Shown: positions 6,900 to 18,100 of the stretch, piece by piece
Numbering within the stretch: the first letter of the stretch is position 1
How the letters are laid out: every line of letters begins with the position of its first letter
Assembly (NCBI RefSeq): GCF_000315625.1
Contig: NW_005434579.1
Location: forward strand, 1-61,723
Direction: 5' to 3'
Source of the DNA: Guillardia theta CCMP2712
Taxonomy: Eukaryota > Protista > Cryptophyta
Length of the DNA stretch: 61,723 nucleotides
Notes under the pieces: generated by a model
The model's database searches: none
Seen by the model: the letters and a program-made list of their open reading frames with translations, nothing else
Told to the model about the DNA's origin: nothing
Made by a program: the position numbers and the translations under genes

Positions 6900-9330
6900 T
6901 GTCCCAGCCCTGCATGTCCGTCACTTGCCTCTCCTCTCATTTCATGGCAGCAAGACCTTCATCATGGCGTCTGAGATCGGCTCGCCGAAGCGACTGAAGC
7001 TGTTCATCGGGTTCCGCTGCCTCGCCACCAACTGCCAACCAGGCTTACATCTGAGAAACACGCACATCTCCTTCTGCCCTTCACCTTCTCGGGCATCTCA
7101 TCGTCTTGAAGCTCTCCGAGGAAGCCGAATGGATCAGCTTTGCCATTCAGGGATCCCTTGGCAATCTAACCGCACGTGTCAGACTCGCATCCCATCCCCT
7201 CTGGTCAACGAGCCTGCTTAGTGAGAGGGTCGTCGGCCTTGGAGCACTTGCCCGGCCTACAATTTGGCGCAGAGCAAGCCACGTGTCTTCGCTCAAGGAC
7301 CTGCCATGATGAGGTCACGTTACAGGTGTGGCTCTCCTTGGTCTCTTACCTCTTTGAAGGGACAACCGCTGCATTTCCTCCTGCATCGCTCCACGACAGG
7401 CGTGACCCTTGGGAATCCTTTCTTCTTGTCGTAGCGAGCCTGGAGCACGTCTTTGGAGGTCGTCTTCATAAGTTGCTTCTTCATCTGCCTTGTGGAAGGG
7501 AAGTAGTCCGCCGGATACCCGAAAGAGTCTCGCATGTAGTTCGCCGCGTCTCCCCACATCATCTTGAGTAGCTTGGGGTTCAGAGGAGACGTGTGTTCCG
7601 AGCCATACTCCGAGTTGGCAAACTGAAGTAGCCGCTCATCCTTTAGCCTGCAGGGGGAAGTCGCCTATGTGAGTGTCGTACACAGTCGTGGGCTCACTGA
7701 GAGCTTCTGATACCTCTCCTTGTCTTGCTTGGACAGCCGGGCGTCTTTTCTGTAGAGCGGGCTTGATCTGTCTGCGTCTGAGCCTCCAAAGAAAGTCTCT
7801 GCTTCTGACGACGGAGATCCGGCATTCGAGCGCCTGCATATTGGTTTCAGTCTCGGGCCTGTGCCGGTAGCAAACACACCTTTGAGAAATGTAACTGTCG
7901 CCACTGCCGTCTTTGTGCTGCTGATCAAAGCTGGAGATCCAGTTGTCTCCGAGGTCAGCTCCATCTTTATGAGGATAACGCTGAGGTACAGTGTTGTGAA
8001 TGTTGGGCTCTAACCCCGACATCCTGTCGCGCTCTTCTCGTGAGTAGCTGTAGTCACTTGAAGATCGCAGGTTCCTCTCGTACTCAGCAATCTCTCTTTC
8101 TCTTTGTTTCCTCCAGCGGTCACATTCCGCTGGATCAGGTTTGGTGGTACAAGCAGAGGGCGGATTGTCGTAGCTCGGACGTTGCCGTTCGACATTGTTT
8201 GGATCCTGCCTGTCATAGCTTCTTTCATTGCTTCTTTGATTGCTCCTGTCATAGCTTCCTTCATAGCTTCTGCCGTAGCTCCTGTCATAGCTTCCTTCAT
8301 AGCTTCTGCCGTAGCTCCTGTCATTGCTGTACCCTGTGTTTGATCTGCTTCTGTCTGATTGCGACCTGTCTGATCCCTTGTCGCTACCGTCCCGATACAA
8401 AATGGTGCTCCTGCGTTTCTGACATCCTCTCCATATTAGCCCCTTCCCTCACCCTCTAGCCTCCTTACCTCCATCTCTCTCCGCAGCAGCTTCATGGTCT
8501 GCGTCTCCATCTTTGCCATGTATGATATCATCTCCATCTCTCGATCTGCTCGCCCCACGTCTCTTACATCGTCCGCGTGCTGCATGACATTCTGGGCTCT
8601 CTGCGTCTCTGCCCTCAGCTCTGGAGGTCACCGTAAGTTTATCGCAGCATCGCATCTCCCTTCTCTCCACTACCGTCCATGTCCTCCTGTCGCTGGGATT
8701 CCTCGTCTTTCACCTTCCCCTTGAGCTTCTGCGCCCTCCCTCAGCCTCTAGCACGACAAGCCTCCTTCCTGCCCCTCTCCTCACCGACGCAACAAGCTCT
8801 GCATCCTTCATCTTCCCGATGTTTAACCTTTCCTGCGACTGCTCGCGATCGATTCTCCCTCGGATCTTTCGCAGCTTATAGTCCTCGTCCTGAGCAGCAC
8901 TCTGCGCAAAGGCCGGCTGCTGACCCACGTCAAGATACTCCTATGTTGCTGCCTCCCGTCTGCCTCACCGTCTGCCTCGACGATCTACGATCCTCCATCG
9001 TTAGCAGCTTGTCCGCAGACATGACGTCTGTCTCAAGCACGTCCATCTCCGACTGCATATCCTCCATTAACTTCAGCCCCCCACGTGCACCTTGCAAGAC
9101 TCACCTGAGCATCGAGGCGTGCGAGGGATACCTGACCGCTCATCTGCTGCTTCCGACCAGCCGTCAGTTGATACAGCGCGATCCGAAAGAGTCTCACCGC
9201 ATCTTGCCACCTGAGGATGCAGAGCACCGCGAATGTGCATGCGAGCAAGCTCACTGCCGCTGCTACATTGTGGCGGGAGTTGCGGGGAATCAAGATCATC
9301 TCTTGCAGCCGTAGGAGATTCAAGAGCTTG
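6900..9330 (-). pseudogene. Decayed minus-strand coding region of unknown identity, including an S/R/Y/D-rich repeat ORF (7636-8400)
   Basis: Chain of protein-like fragments in shifting frames, with no recognisable domain and no obvious introns. Confidence 0.35.
8209..8330. repeat. 12-bp/36-bp coding tandem repeat (YDRS/YGRS/YEGS on the minus strand)
   Basis: CTCCTGTCATAGCTTCCTTCATAGCTTCTGCCGTAG x2 plus degenerate units. Confidence 0.85.
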
Positions 9331-9856
9331 ATCGCATGGGATGGTCGTGCCTGCGAAGATGAGCTTCAAAATATTAACAGAGCCGTTGCCGGTTTAAACA
9401 AGTTGCATGGAATCAAATTTTGAGTTTTTCCTATGGACAGCATTATTTGCGCATCATTCTGCGAGTGCAATGTCGACATTCCCGTGACCATGACGTCTCA
9501 CGTGAACTGAGACACTTCACACCTCCTTGACATGCTTGCCACCTCTCCAGCTACCTCCGCTTCCTCCTTCGATCCTCTTGATAGAGCTAGGGATCGTCTG
9601 AAAGGTCACTGAATACTGTGACCACCCTACCCCCTCTTTAAAACATTCTACCAGCAAAACTAACCCCTCATCTGTCATATACTGCGTACCTTACGGTCTG
9701 GAACCAAAAAAAAAACCATATCAAGCGACCATATCAATCTTTACTCAAATTTAAGTTAAAGTTCAGTACGAGGACAATCAGGAGAGTCGGGGACAAGGGC
9801 CCGGGGCCTGACAGGGCCGGCTGTGTTCCCGGTCGTTATGATGCTCTTACTGTACA

Positions 9857-10415
9857 GATCGGATCACCGTGAATGTACACAGAAGGCCGTTGAAACTGTT
9901 CACAGGCTGATCCGATCCGCCGTCCGATAACCCGGTGACTGGCCAGCTGCAGCACGGTCAATGCAGCTGGTCACTCCTGGTTTAGGGGAGCCTGAGCTAG
10001 AGTCGGCGGCGAAATCCAGGCTTTGTCTAAGTCACGGTTGCCGTCTGGCAGCGGAGTGCCACGGTGAGGAATCGATCGTTTCAGTTTCACAAGTCCAGGC
10101 TTTGTAAGGGTTTCTCACAACGTTGTTGTTGTCTGACTGCTACGTGAGAAAGGGTTTCTCGCAACCTTGTTGTAGTCCGACGGACGGTCTGACGACTACG
10201 TGAGAAACACTTCACAAAGCCTGGAGTTCTCAGGGGCCTTCGAAAGTTTCCTCGCACTCACCATAAACCTTCTGCCCACAAGTGAACATTTTGGGCCCAA
10301 GCTTGTTCGCTGAAACAATTGTGCTCAACTCCCCGCAAGCCTTGTACCAAGCAAAGCAGCCGCAGGGTAGCTTTCAGCGTCCCCGCCTTGGAACAAGGCT
10401 TGCGGGGAGTTGAGC
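9857..10415. other. Cluster of inverted repeats/hairpins
   Basis: Stems at 9857-9866/9908-9917, 9943-9951/9962-9970, 10094-10105/10214-10225 and 10323-10351/10387-10415 (28/29 match). Confidence 0.85.
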
Positions 10416-10795
10416 TCCTTGGAAGGGCTGGCGCAGTGGCGAAGCTGGAGGAGAGCGGCGGGCATGAGGACTCCAAGGTCGCCCTGCTGGAGCAGCAGGC
10501 AGCGGCCAAGCTCAAGAGAGCCGCCGCCTACGTCCAGGAGCGGATCATGTCGTTGTCATCGGTGCCAGCGCCGTGAGGTATGGTTTGAACGACATTCTTG
10601 AAGAATGCTTCAAGAATGTCGTTTGGACTTATCGTAATGCTGCTCTTGTTTGCAATTGATGTGGACAACAAGCACAACATTTTCAAGGAGAAGAATAAAC
10701 TTAACACAACAAAGTTAAACAACAACAGGGTAAGCTTCAACTCATCACGAGATCGTCTGACTTGGTCGCTTACAGCTGAAGGAGACGTATTTTGG

Positions 10796-11335
10796 TCACA
10801 TTGTATAGATATAACCAGTGTGGGCTCTACCTGTCATGCCCATTCTGCGAGCTCGGCAAGAAGCCTGCTTTGCCTTCGCCTCCCATTCATGCTCGTCGGC
10901 TTTCGAACCTCGCTCACACTCCTCTTCAGCATTTCCGACGGAGGTTCCAAGCAGCAAGCCTTCAACTGCTACCCCAAGCATTCCTGTCAGATCTAAACTG
11001 GACATCTTGCCATGCTGTGTTGCGATGTCGACACTATACTGTGATCCTCTCGCAGAATTCCCAGTCCAGCTTAAGGTACGACCAAGCAGGGAGGACAAGG
11101 TAGCCTCAGAATCGGAGTGCTCCTCAGGGCTGATGGCGAGAAAGTCAAATTTTGGAGCTGTCTCTGACTCTGCTTCTTCCATGAGCTGAAAGATTGTTCC
11201 AAGATGCTTGGAGGACGATCTCTTGGATGACTCCATGGATGGGTATACGGGGTTGGGAAATTCTTGCTGCTCAGACTTGAGCCATTCGTTCACTTTGGAG
11301 ACGGATTGTCTCTCTTCCTCAGAGATGTGGAGCAT
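10796..11335 (-). CDS. Hypothetical protein (fragment)
   Basis: 179-codon ORF with protein-like composition; no recognisable domain. Confidence 0.3.
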   Translation of the reverse strand: MLHISEEERQSVSKVNEWLKSEQQEFPNPVYPSMESSKRSSSKHLGTIFQLMEEAESETAPKFDFLAISPEEHSDSEATLSSLLGRTLSWTGNSARGSQYSVDIATQHGKMSSLDLTGMLGVAVEGLLLGTSVGNAEEECERGSKADEHEWEAKAKQASCRARRMGMTGRAHTGYIYTM

Positions 11336-11390
11336 GGATTTCTAGGAATCTGTAGGGGAGACGAGGCGATGATTGAAGCGATGCGATGAA

Positions 11391-11460
11391 GACGATGCTA
11401 TGCGTTGACGATGCTATGCGTTGACGATGCTATGCGTAGACGATGCTATGCGTTGACGAT
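11391..11460. repeat. 16-bp tandem repeat GACGATGCTATGCGTT, ~4 copies
   Basis: Read directly. Confidence 0.9.
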
Positions 11461-11692
11461 AACGCGGAGACAAGCGGGAGGCTGGTGGAGCAATACTATC
11501 ATGACCCCCTTGCGATGAGCGACGAGGGTCAAAAGGGGGGTGGGGGTCATTTGATGGAGCAAACAAGGGGTCATCTTTACTACCACGAGTAGGAAAAATT
11601 GGTCATCGACACTCCAAGACTCCACATGTCGCCGGGCAGCGCCGGGTATCCAGGGTAGATGATCCAACTCGGAATCAGGGTCACTTGATCGA

Positions 11693-13851
11693 CTACCATC
11701 GGCCCACCCACGCAGGTTGACCGAGAGAGACCTGAAACAGCGAGACGAGGACGTCATCATTACGTTGCACAAGCAAACTGAGGCAGTTAAGCTGACCTGC
11801 TGCAGGTCCCACCCTGCTTCTGTCATGCTCTTTTCGACCTGCGCGAGACCATGGAGTCAGCGTGAGCGGCCCGAAAACGAAAAGACATGATAGAGACAAA
11901 GAAACAACTCGAGTCATGTCTACCTGATGGTACGAGCTCCTCATCTTCTCCAGCGCCGAACGGATCAATGATTCTCTGCGAGCAAGAGGCTTCAGTCTGA
12001 ATACCCAGCTCTGAAAGTCAAGGCCTCACTGATCCATCGGCTTCGTAGACGAGTTGAGCTCTCCTACATCTACTAGTCAACTCAAGCAGGGGAAGTCAAG
12101 GTTGATCACTTGCGATCAGATGAGCAGTCACATACGCTCGGAGGTAGTCTCTAGGCGTGCTTTCTTCAGCTACGCAAATCACCAGCTTCGGTTTTTTGGC
12201 TTGACTGGACCAAGGAATCAATGAGTACCAAGGCCAATGAAACACATCAATACCGAGAATGATCGTGAGCTTGGGCGATCATAAATTTCTCTCCCTCGAA
12301 GAGAGCGATGAGTTTCTTGAGAGGAATTCCTGCGACATGCCGTTCTCACTTCAACCACCTGGACTCAAGTCCTTCTTACCAGAGCGAAGGATGGTGGACA
12401 GTGACACTCCGAAAAGAAGATCGAAACAGCAAGAATGATCCTCTGCCCACGGAAGCCAAAGAAGTTTGTCTGTCTTCGCAAGACTTGCTGGAGTCATTGA
12501 AGATATTGCTTTGCTCTGCCGGCCCCTCAGCACGCGAATCTCATACATAGTAAAGAACAGGACCAACCTTTTCACTGCCCTCAAACAACAATGAAGGCAA
12601 GATGCGATCAAGTTGAGATCTCGTCAGGATTCTCAGCGCCAACGTCCTCATCATGGAGTAGCATGCCCAGACATGGATGGAAGTCAATACAACGAAGGAT
12701 GTCCTGCATGCTCTCTTTACTACGACGCAGAGGCATTGCCAGCCCCACTCACCATAGGCTTTGGAGCGATGAGTTCGCCGCTTGTGCAAACAAAAACCCC
12801 ATGGGAAGTGCCTGCGGCATCATCAAACATTCATATTTCAAGATGCCGTCTGGGTGGCATACCAGCACAGAGACGAATGTATGCTGAGCGCCGGTCTTTG
12901 CCCCAACATCAGCGATGTTTCCCCTGAACATAAATCAGCACAAGAAGGAGAAATGACGAGGAGCCAAGAGAAAAAGTACCTGGCAGCCCAATGCTGGACG
13001 ATTGCAGTATTGCATGCCCCAGCGGCAACTCCGCACATGGCTTTGAATACAGAGGAGAGGCAGATGATGGGAAGGAACAGATCTGGATACGCAGGAGCAA
13101 GCATGTCGAGGAGCAGAGCCACGTCATTGATCAGGTCCGCAAAAAGCCTCCACCGTTTGATGTCAATTCCGAAGCTTGAGCTCGCAAACGCAGTAAACAG
13201 CAAACCCCCCAGCATAGAGCTTCCATCCCTCGCCATCCACTGCATAGTAGCGGCAAGAGAGGTGACTCCTGCCTTACCAACACCCATTCCTTCGAGGATC
13301 TGCGCGCAAGACAAGTGTTAGGGACGTCAGAGACATCACTTGAACGTTACCTTCTGGGTGGACAGAATTCCTCGAAGGTTGGAGGAGAGGTCTTGGAGCA
13401 GGTTGAAAGCCTGATACTTGGTGTACTCGTCTGGAAGACTTGCAGGATAGCCTGAGGGTAAGAACGTCGCGTACATGATCCTCTTGAGCTTTAGCATCCC
13501 CGACGACGCTCCTCCTTCTCCTACTCCTCCGTCGCTTCGCTGTCCATCCTTGAAGTAGTAGCTGAGCTCTTCTCCTTTAGATCCAAACCTCATTTCTGAC
13601 GCCAGCACTGCATCTGTCGCCAAACTTACATCAGGCAACATTGAACTATCCAAATGTCGCTTGACACCCCCAGCAGCAGGAGGTTCGGTCTTGGACTTTT
13701 TCCCAGAACTTCTGTCGAAACGATATAAGGCGGTCAACCGGAACGAGGCCGCAAGCTCGAACTGCAAGCACAACACAAAAAGCCCAAAAACAGCGAGACA
13801 AGCACCACATCGGCTCCCTTTCAAGACACACCTACGAGAGTCAGACCCCAT
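11693..13851 (-). CDS. RUS1/ROOT UVB SENSITIVE (DUF647, C16orf58) family protein; multi-exon, with an N-terminal signal-type presequence
   Basis: FLPSGYPASLPDEY..YQ, AATMQWMARDG, KRWRLFADLIND, GNIADVGAK and the C-terminal GWD motif are hallmarks of DUF647. Confidence 0.9.
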
Positions 13852-14134
13852 CCTTGCAATTCACCCAAAGCACTATCGTTTTCCGACAAGATGCGCTGAA
13901 ACGAGCGGTTCAAACTGATTTTGAGTTTCACAGAAGACAATTACCGAGTGGTCTGTTCGCTCCCCACCAAGTTCCCTCCTCTTGCAGCTTCTTTCCCGTT
14001 CACTCCCAAGCCCCCAGGTCACCTGCAATGTGTTATCTTTGAAAAAACAAAGGCAGAATTGAATCAAAGACAGAATAAAAGATCTCAGATACCAGATCGT
14101 ACCCCTCCCTTCCTCCCCCCGTTCTACCCATCCT

Positions 14135-14440
14135 CCAGGTCTATCCTCCTGGTCTATCCTCCTCTCAACCCTCTCTCTATCCTCCTGGTCTATCCTCCTG
14201 TCTATCCTCCTGGTCTATCCTCCTGTCTACCCTCCTGGTCTATCCTCCTCTCAACCCTCTCTCTATCCTCCTGGTCTATCCTCCTGTCTATCCTCCTGGT
14301 CTATCCTCCTGTCTATCCTCCTGTCTATCCTCCTCTCTATCCTCCTGGTCTATCCTCCTGTCTATCCTCCTGGTCTATCCTCCTGTCTACCCTCCTGGTC
14401 TATCCTCCTCTCAACCCTCTCTCTATCCTCCTGGTCTATC
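14135..14440. repeat. Minisatellite of 12-13-bp CTATCCTCCT(G)GT units
   Basis: Read directly. Confidence 0.9.
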
Positions 14441-15184
14441 CGCTTCCAAACTATAAAACTGCTATAAAACGCTAACATTTCACATATTCTTTAAAGCGTT
14501 TCTTTATTTAGATCATTCTTCTTCTATTCCCATCCCACAGATTTGAGGAGTTTATTGAAATTCTACTGTCACTTAACTCTGCTGGAAAAGGAGGAATTTC
14601 TGTCGCTTCCATGGAGGGTTTCCGAAGTTCGGAAGTTCGGGTCGGAAGTTTCTCGAGCCTCTCGGGGCCCGGGGCCCGGGACTGGGGGCTTGAGTCCCAG
14701 GCTACTGAGTGGGTTCTGTGTGGGGAGATAGTGCTGTACTGAGGCCCTGAGAGGCTTCTTCGTTATGGCCTCTCAGCGATGGATCGCTCGGCGCTTCTGC
14801 GCGCTATGGCCTTGGAAGCCGCATAAGACCTGAGAAGACAATGAGATCAAGCCGCAGGAGGAGCGATGAGCAGCTAAAGCACAGGAGGAGCGATGAGCTA
14901 TGCAAGATGAGACAACAGACTTTAGATGAGACATCAGTTTACACTTAGACATTCAATACAAGACAACAGGTATAAGAAAAGACATCAGATACAAGACAAG
15001 ATGTCAGATACAAGATAAGGTATGAAATATAGGATCAGATTTAGGATAAAGCGACAGATGTATGCGATTCGTACCCTCGGATTATGGTAGCCTCGTCGGA
15101 CACAGCAGGTTCTGCAGCTGGAGCATTGAATGTCATCGATTAGGAAATGAAAGAGAGGAAACAGTGGACAAGCAACCTGAAGTC

Positions 15185-18100
15185 TCATGCTGTGCTGCTG
15201 CTGGGCTCTCGTCCTCCTCGTACGAGACTTTCGAGTGCTGCGAGACCGTCACTAGAGCCAGTAGAGGCTGCTGCTACCTCCGCTCCCCACGAGCCTCGTT
15301 TGAGCGTCACCACGAAATCCTGCCGGTCACCCGCCAATATCAGCCATCAAGCCACCGTGGGCATGTAAACTATCTCCTCCTCCTCCTCCTCCTCCCTCCT
15401 TTTTCTTCTCCGTTCTCTTTTCTCCTCTTTCCTCCTCTTCCTCCCTCCTCTTTCCTTCTCCGTCCTTCTACTCTTTCCTCCTCCTCCCTCCTTCTCCCCC
15501 TCCTCCCTCCTTCTCCTGATCCTCTGCTCATCGCCCTTGCCATGGTTCTGGTTCGTATCATGCTCTTTCGCTCCTTTGCCCTGTGCCTAAAACTGATCTG
15601 TCTCTTCTCGGCCAGTCCCTCCCCCACCTCTCCTCCGAGAACCTGCTTGCCGCGCTGAGCGGTGATAATCACGCGCGAGCCTCGAGGTCCCTGCAGCATC
15701 TCCTGCAGACGCGTAGCGCTGATATTACTCACCTCCCTCCCCTCCGCCCCCATTCGCTTCGCCTCCCTCCTCCCTCACCTGAGCAGCTTCAAGCTGCATG
15801 CCTGCGATGCTCTGCCCGTCCACGGCAAGGATTACATCTCCCTGAGGCAGATTAGCGATGTCCTCCTCCTTCCTCTGTGCCCCCCTCCTCGTCCTCCTCG
15901 TCCTCCTCGCCCTTGTTCAAGATCAACCACCTCCTCATGAAACCCTCCTCATCCCCACGCACCTCCTTCTCCCCTTACATCTCCATCTCCTAACGTCTCC
16001 TCTTCTCTGAATGCAAACCTCCCGCTCCTCCCTCCCTCGTCTTGCTCACCAACGCAAACGCTCCACACGTATGTGCCGAGAGCTTTTGCTGTATGAGGTA
16101 TAAGGAGGTGCGTGGACAAGTACAAGGACCTTGATCTCAGAGATCCGTTTGTTCCCTCTCATGTCAGCCTCGAGGGTGAGGCCTACGCCGCAAGGAGAAG
16201 GAAGGGAGTAGAAGCGAAGAAGCTCTTCCTTCAGGGCCAGAATCTGATGCATTTGAGCGAAAGCCAAGCAATATGAGCAAACAGAGGTAATGGAGGAAGA
16301 GGAGGAGGAAGAGGGAGGGGACAAGAAGCGGCAGGACGGCAAGACTTTCAGGGCAGGTAGCCTTGGGGAGGCAGAGAGTAGAGAATGGGAGAATCAGAAG
16401 ACGAGGAGGAGCGGAATGCAAGGGAGAAGGAAAGTACATGTTCTTTGGAAGACTGCAGATCAAGCTGTCTGGCTGATAGCTCTTCTTCAAGAGATTTGAC
16501 CCTCTCCCCGTCCACTTCCACCTGCAGCACCTGTAAAACCCTCCTCTGCTCCACGCCCTCTGTCTCTCCTCGTTCCCCTCCCCTCTTCCTCCTCTCATGA
16601 GCAACGTCTCCCCCCCCTTGACTGCCTTCTCCTCCCCTGGTCGTATCATCAACACCAGCAGCAACAACCTGCTGCGTCAAGACTTCAATCTGTTTCTTCG
16701 ATTCTTGCAGTTCTTGGAGGAACTGTAAACCAAGTCAACGGAGGGCGAGCGCATTGACAGACAATACTTGAGGTGCCTCGTGCGTAATCAGCCTGACGAT
16801 TTCGGAGTCTTGCTCCACCTGCACAAAAATGAATCATGATCCTGCTCTCCCTTTCATCCGTCTACCCTTCCTTGACTCGCTCCTCGCTCCTCACTCTCTG
16901 TGTTCTTCCCTCCATCCTGTCAACTCTACTTCGCTCCCCTGTTTCTTCTCCATTCTGCTCTTGTCATTGAGTCCGCGCTACTCGCTCACAAGCTGCTCAC
17001 GCGCTCTTGTTTCCTTCGTTCAGGCTTGTCTTTCCTTCATCCTCCTTTGACTTGTCGTGATACTCACTTGCTGTCTCCACAAGTTGAAAAATCTGCCGCT
17101 CTCGCTCATGCTGTGTTTGAACAACTTATTGTCACTGTAAGTGAAAACCTTGCGCAACTCCCAAGTTCTTCTTGACATCCTGCAAACATGTCAACGAGAT
17201 GAAATGAGAACAAGACAAATACTGCTTCCAAACGATGAAAAGTTTTGACGTGCAACGGAACATGACGCCATCTCTCATGTTCAACAGCTTCCCGTCATAC
17301 TTGTTGAGAAACTCGAGGATCAGACTGTTTGCACGCGAATAGTTCGAGGTCAGCATAATCTCTTGCTGCAGCCTTTTTCCAGCTCCACCGGCAACGAATC
17401 GCTTCCTCCTCTGTGAGTTGAATTCAATACTCGCTGAATTGCCGTCGGCAAGAAAAGCGTCAAGAGTCGTCTTGTTGAGGCGATGAAAGAGCAGCGCGAG
17501 CTTGCGACAGATGGTTTTGTTTCTTCTTTGCGTCAAGAACGTCCAAGTCGTGAACGCCATCTTGAGGAAAAACAAGCAAACATCGCGATAAGCACTTTCA
17601 TCGTCCATGCTAGATCGGAACAAGACGACAGGGCGAGGGCTCAGGTCCAAGCATCGAATCATCCTCAACATGTCTCGCAGCTGCATTGCGTTGTTGGACC
17701 AGGTAAGGTGCAGCCGCTCAAGCTTGTGCTTGCACTTCTGTCATCATCATCAGCCCAAGGTCGAACAAGCGACTAGCAGAGGAGAAACAGCAGGACAAGG
17801 TGAGGGAGCAAGAGCGAAAAGAAGAGGACAATCATCAAGACCAGGGTGAGGGCGATGGAGGAGTAGATGAGGAGGAGGAGGAGGAGGAGGAGGAGGAGGA
17901 GGAGGAGGAGGATAAATGAGACTTTTGAACAAGATAATTCACAGGGATGTCACCTTGACCGCCTCCTTCAACCTGTTAGCCTCATCTCTCGCCCTTTCTT
18001 TCTCTTCCTCCACGTGATCGAGCTTGAGCTGTAAAAGGAGGAGGTGAAGAGAGCCGCTAGTTGAGGGAGAGAGTGACCTGCAAGTGGGAGGAGCGAGACT

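Noticed and set aside
1-9330. Reverse transcriptase, endonuclease or hammerhead ribozyme in the elements
   Set aside because: No convincing YxDD, APE, GIY-YIG or CTGANGA…GAAA core was found by eye near the termini. The 212-N gap remains unexamined.
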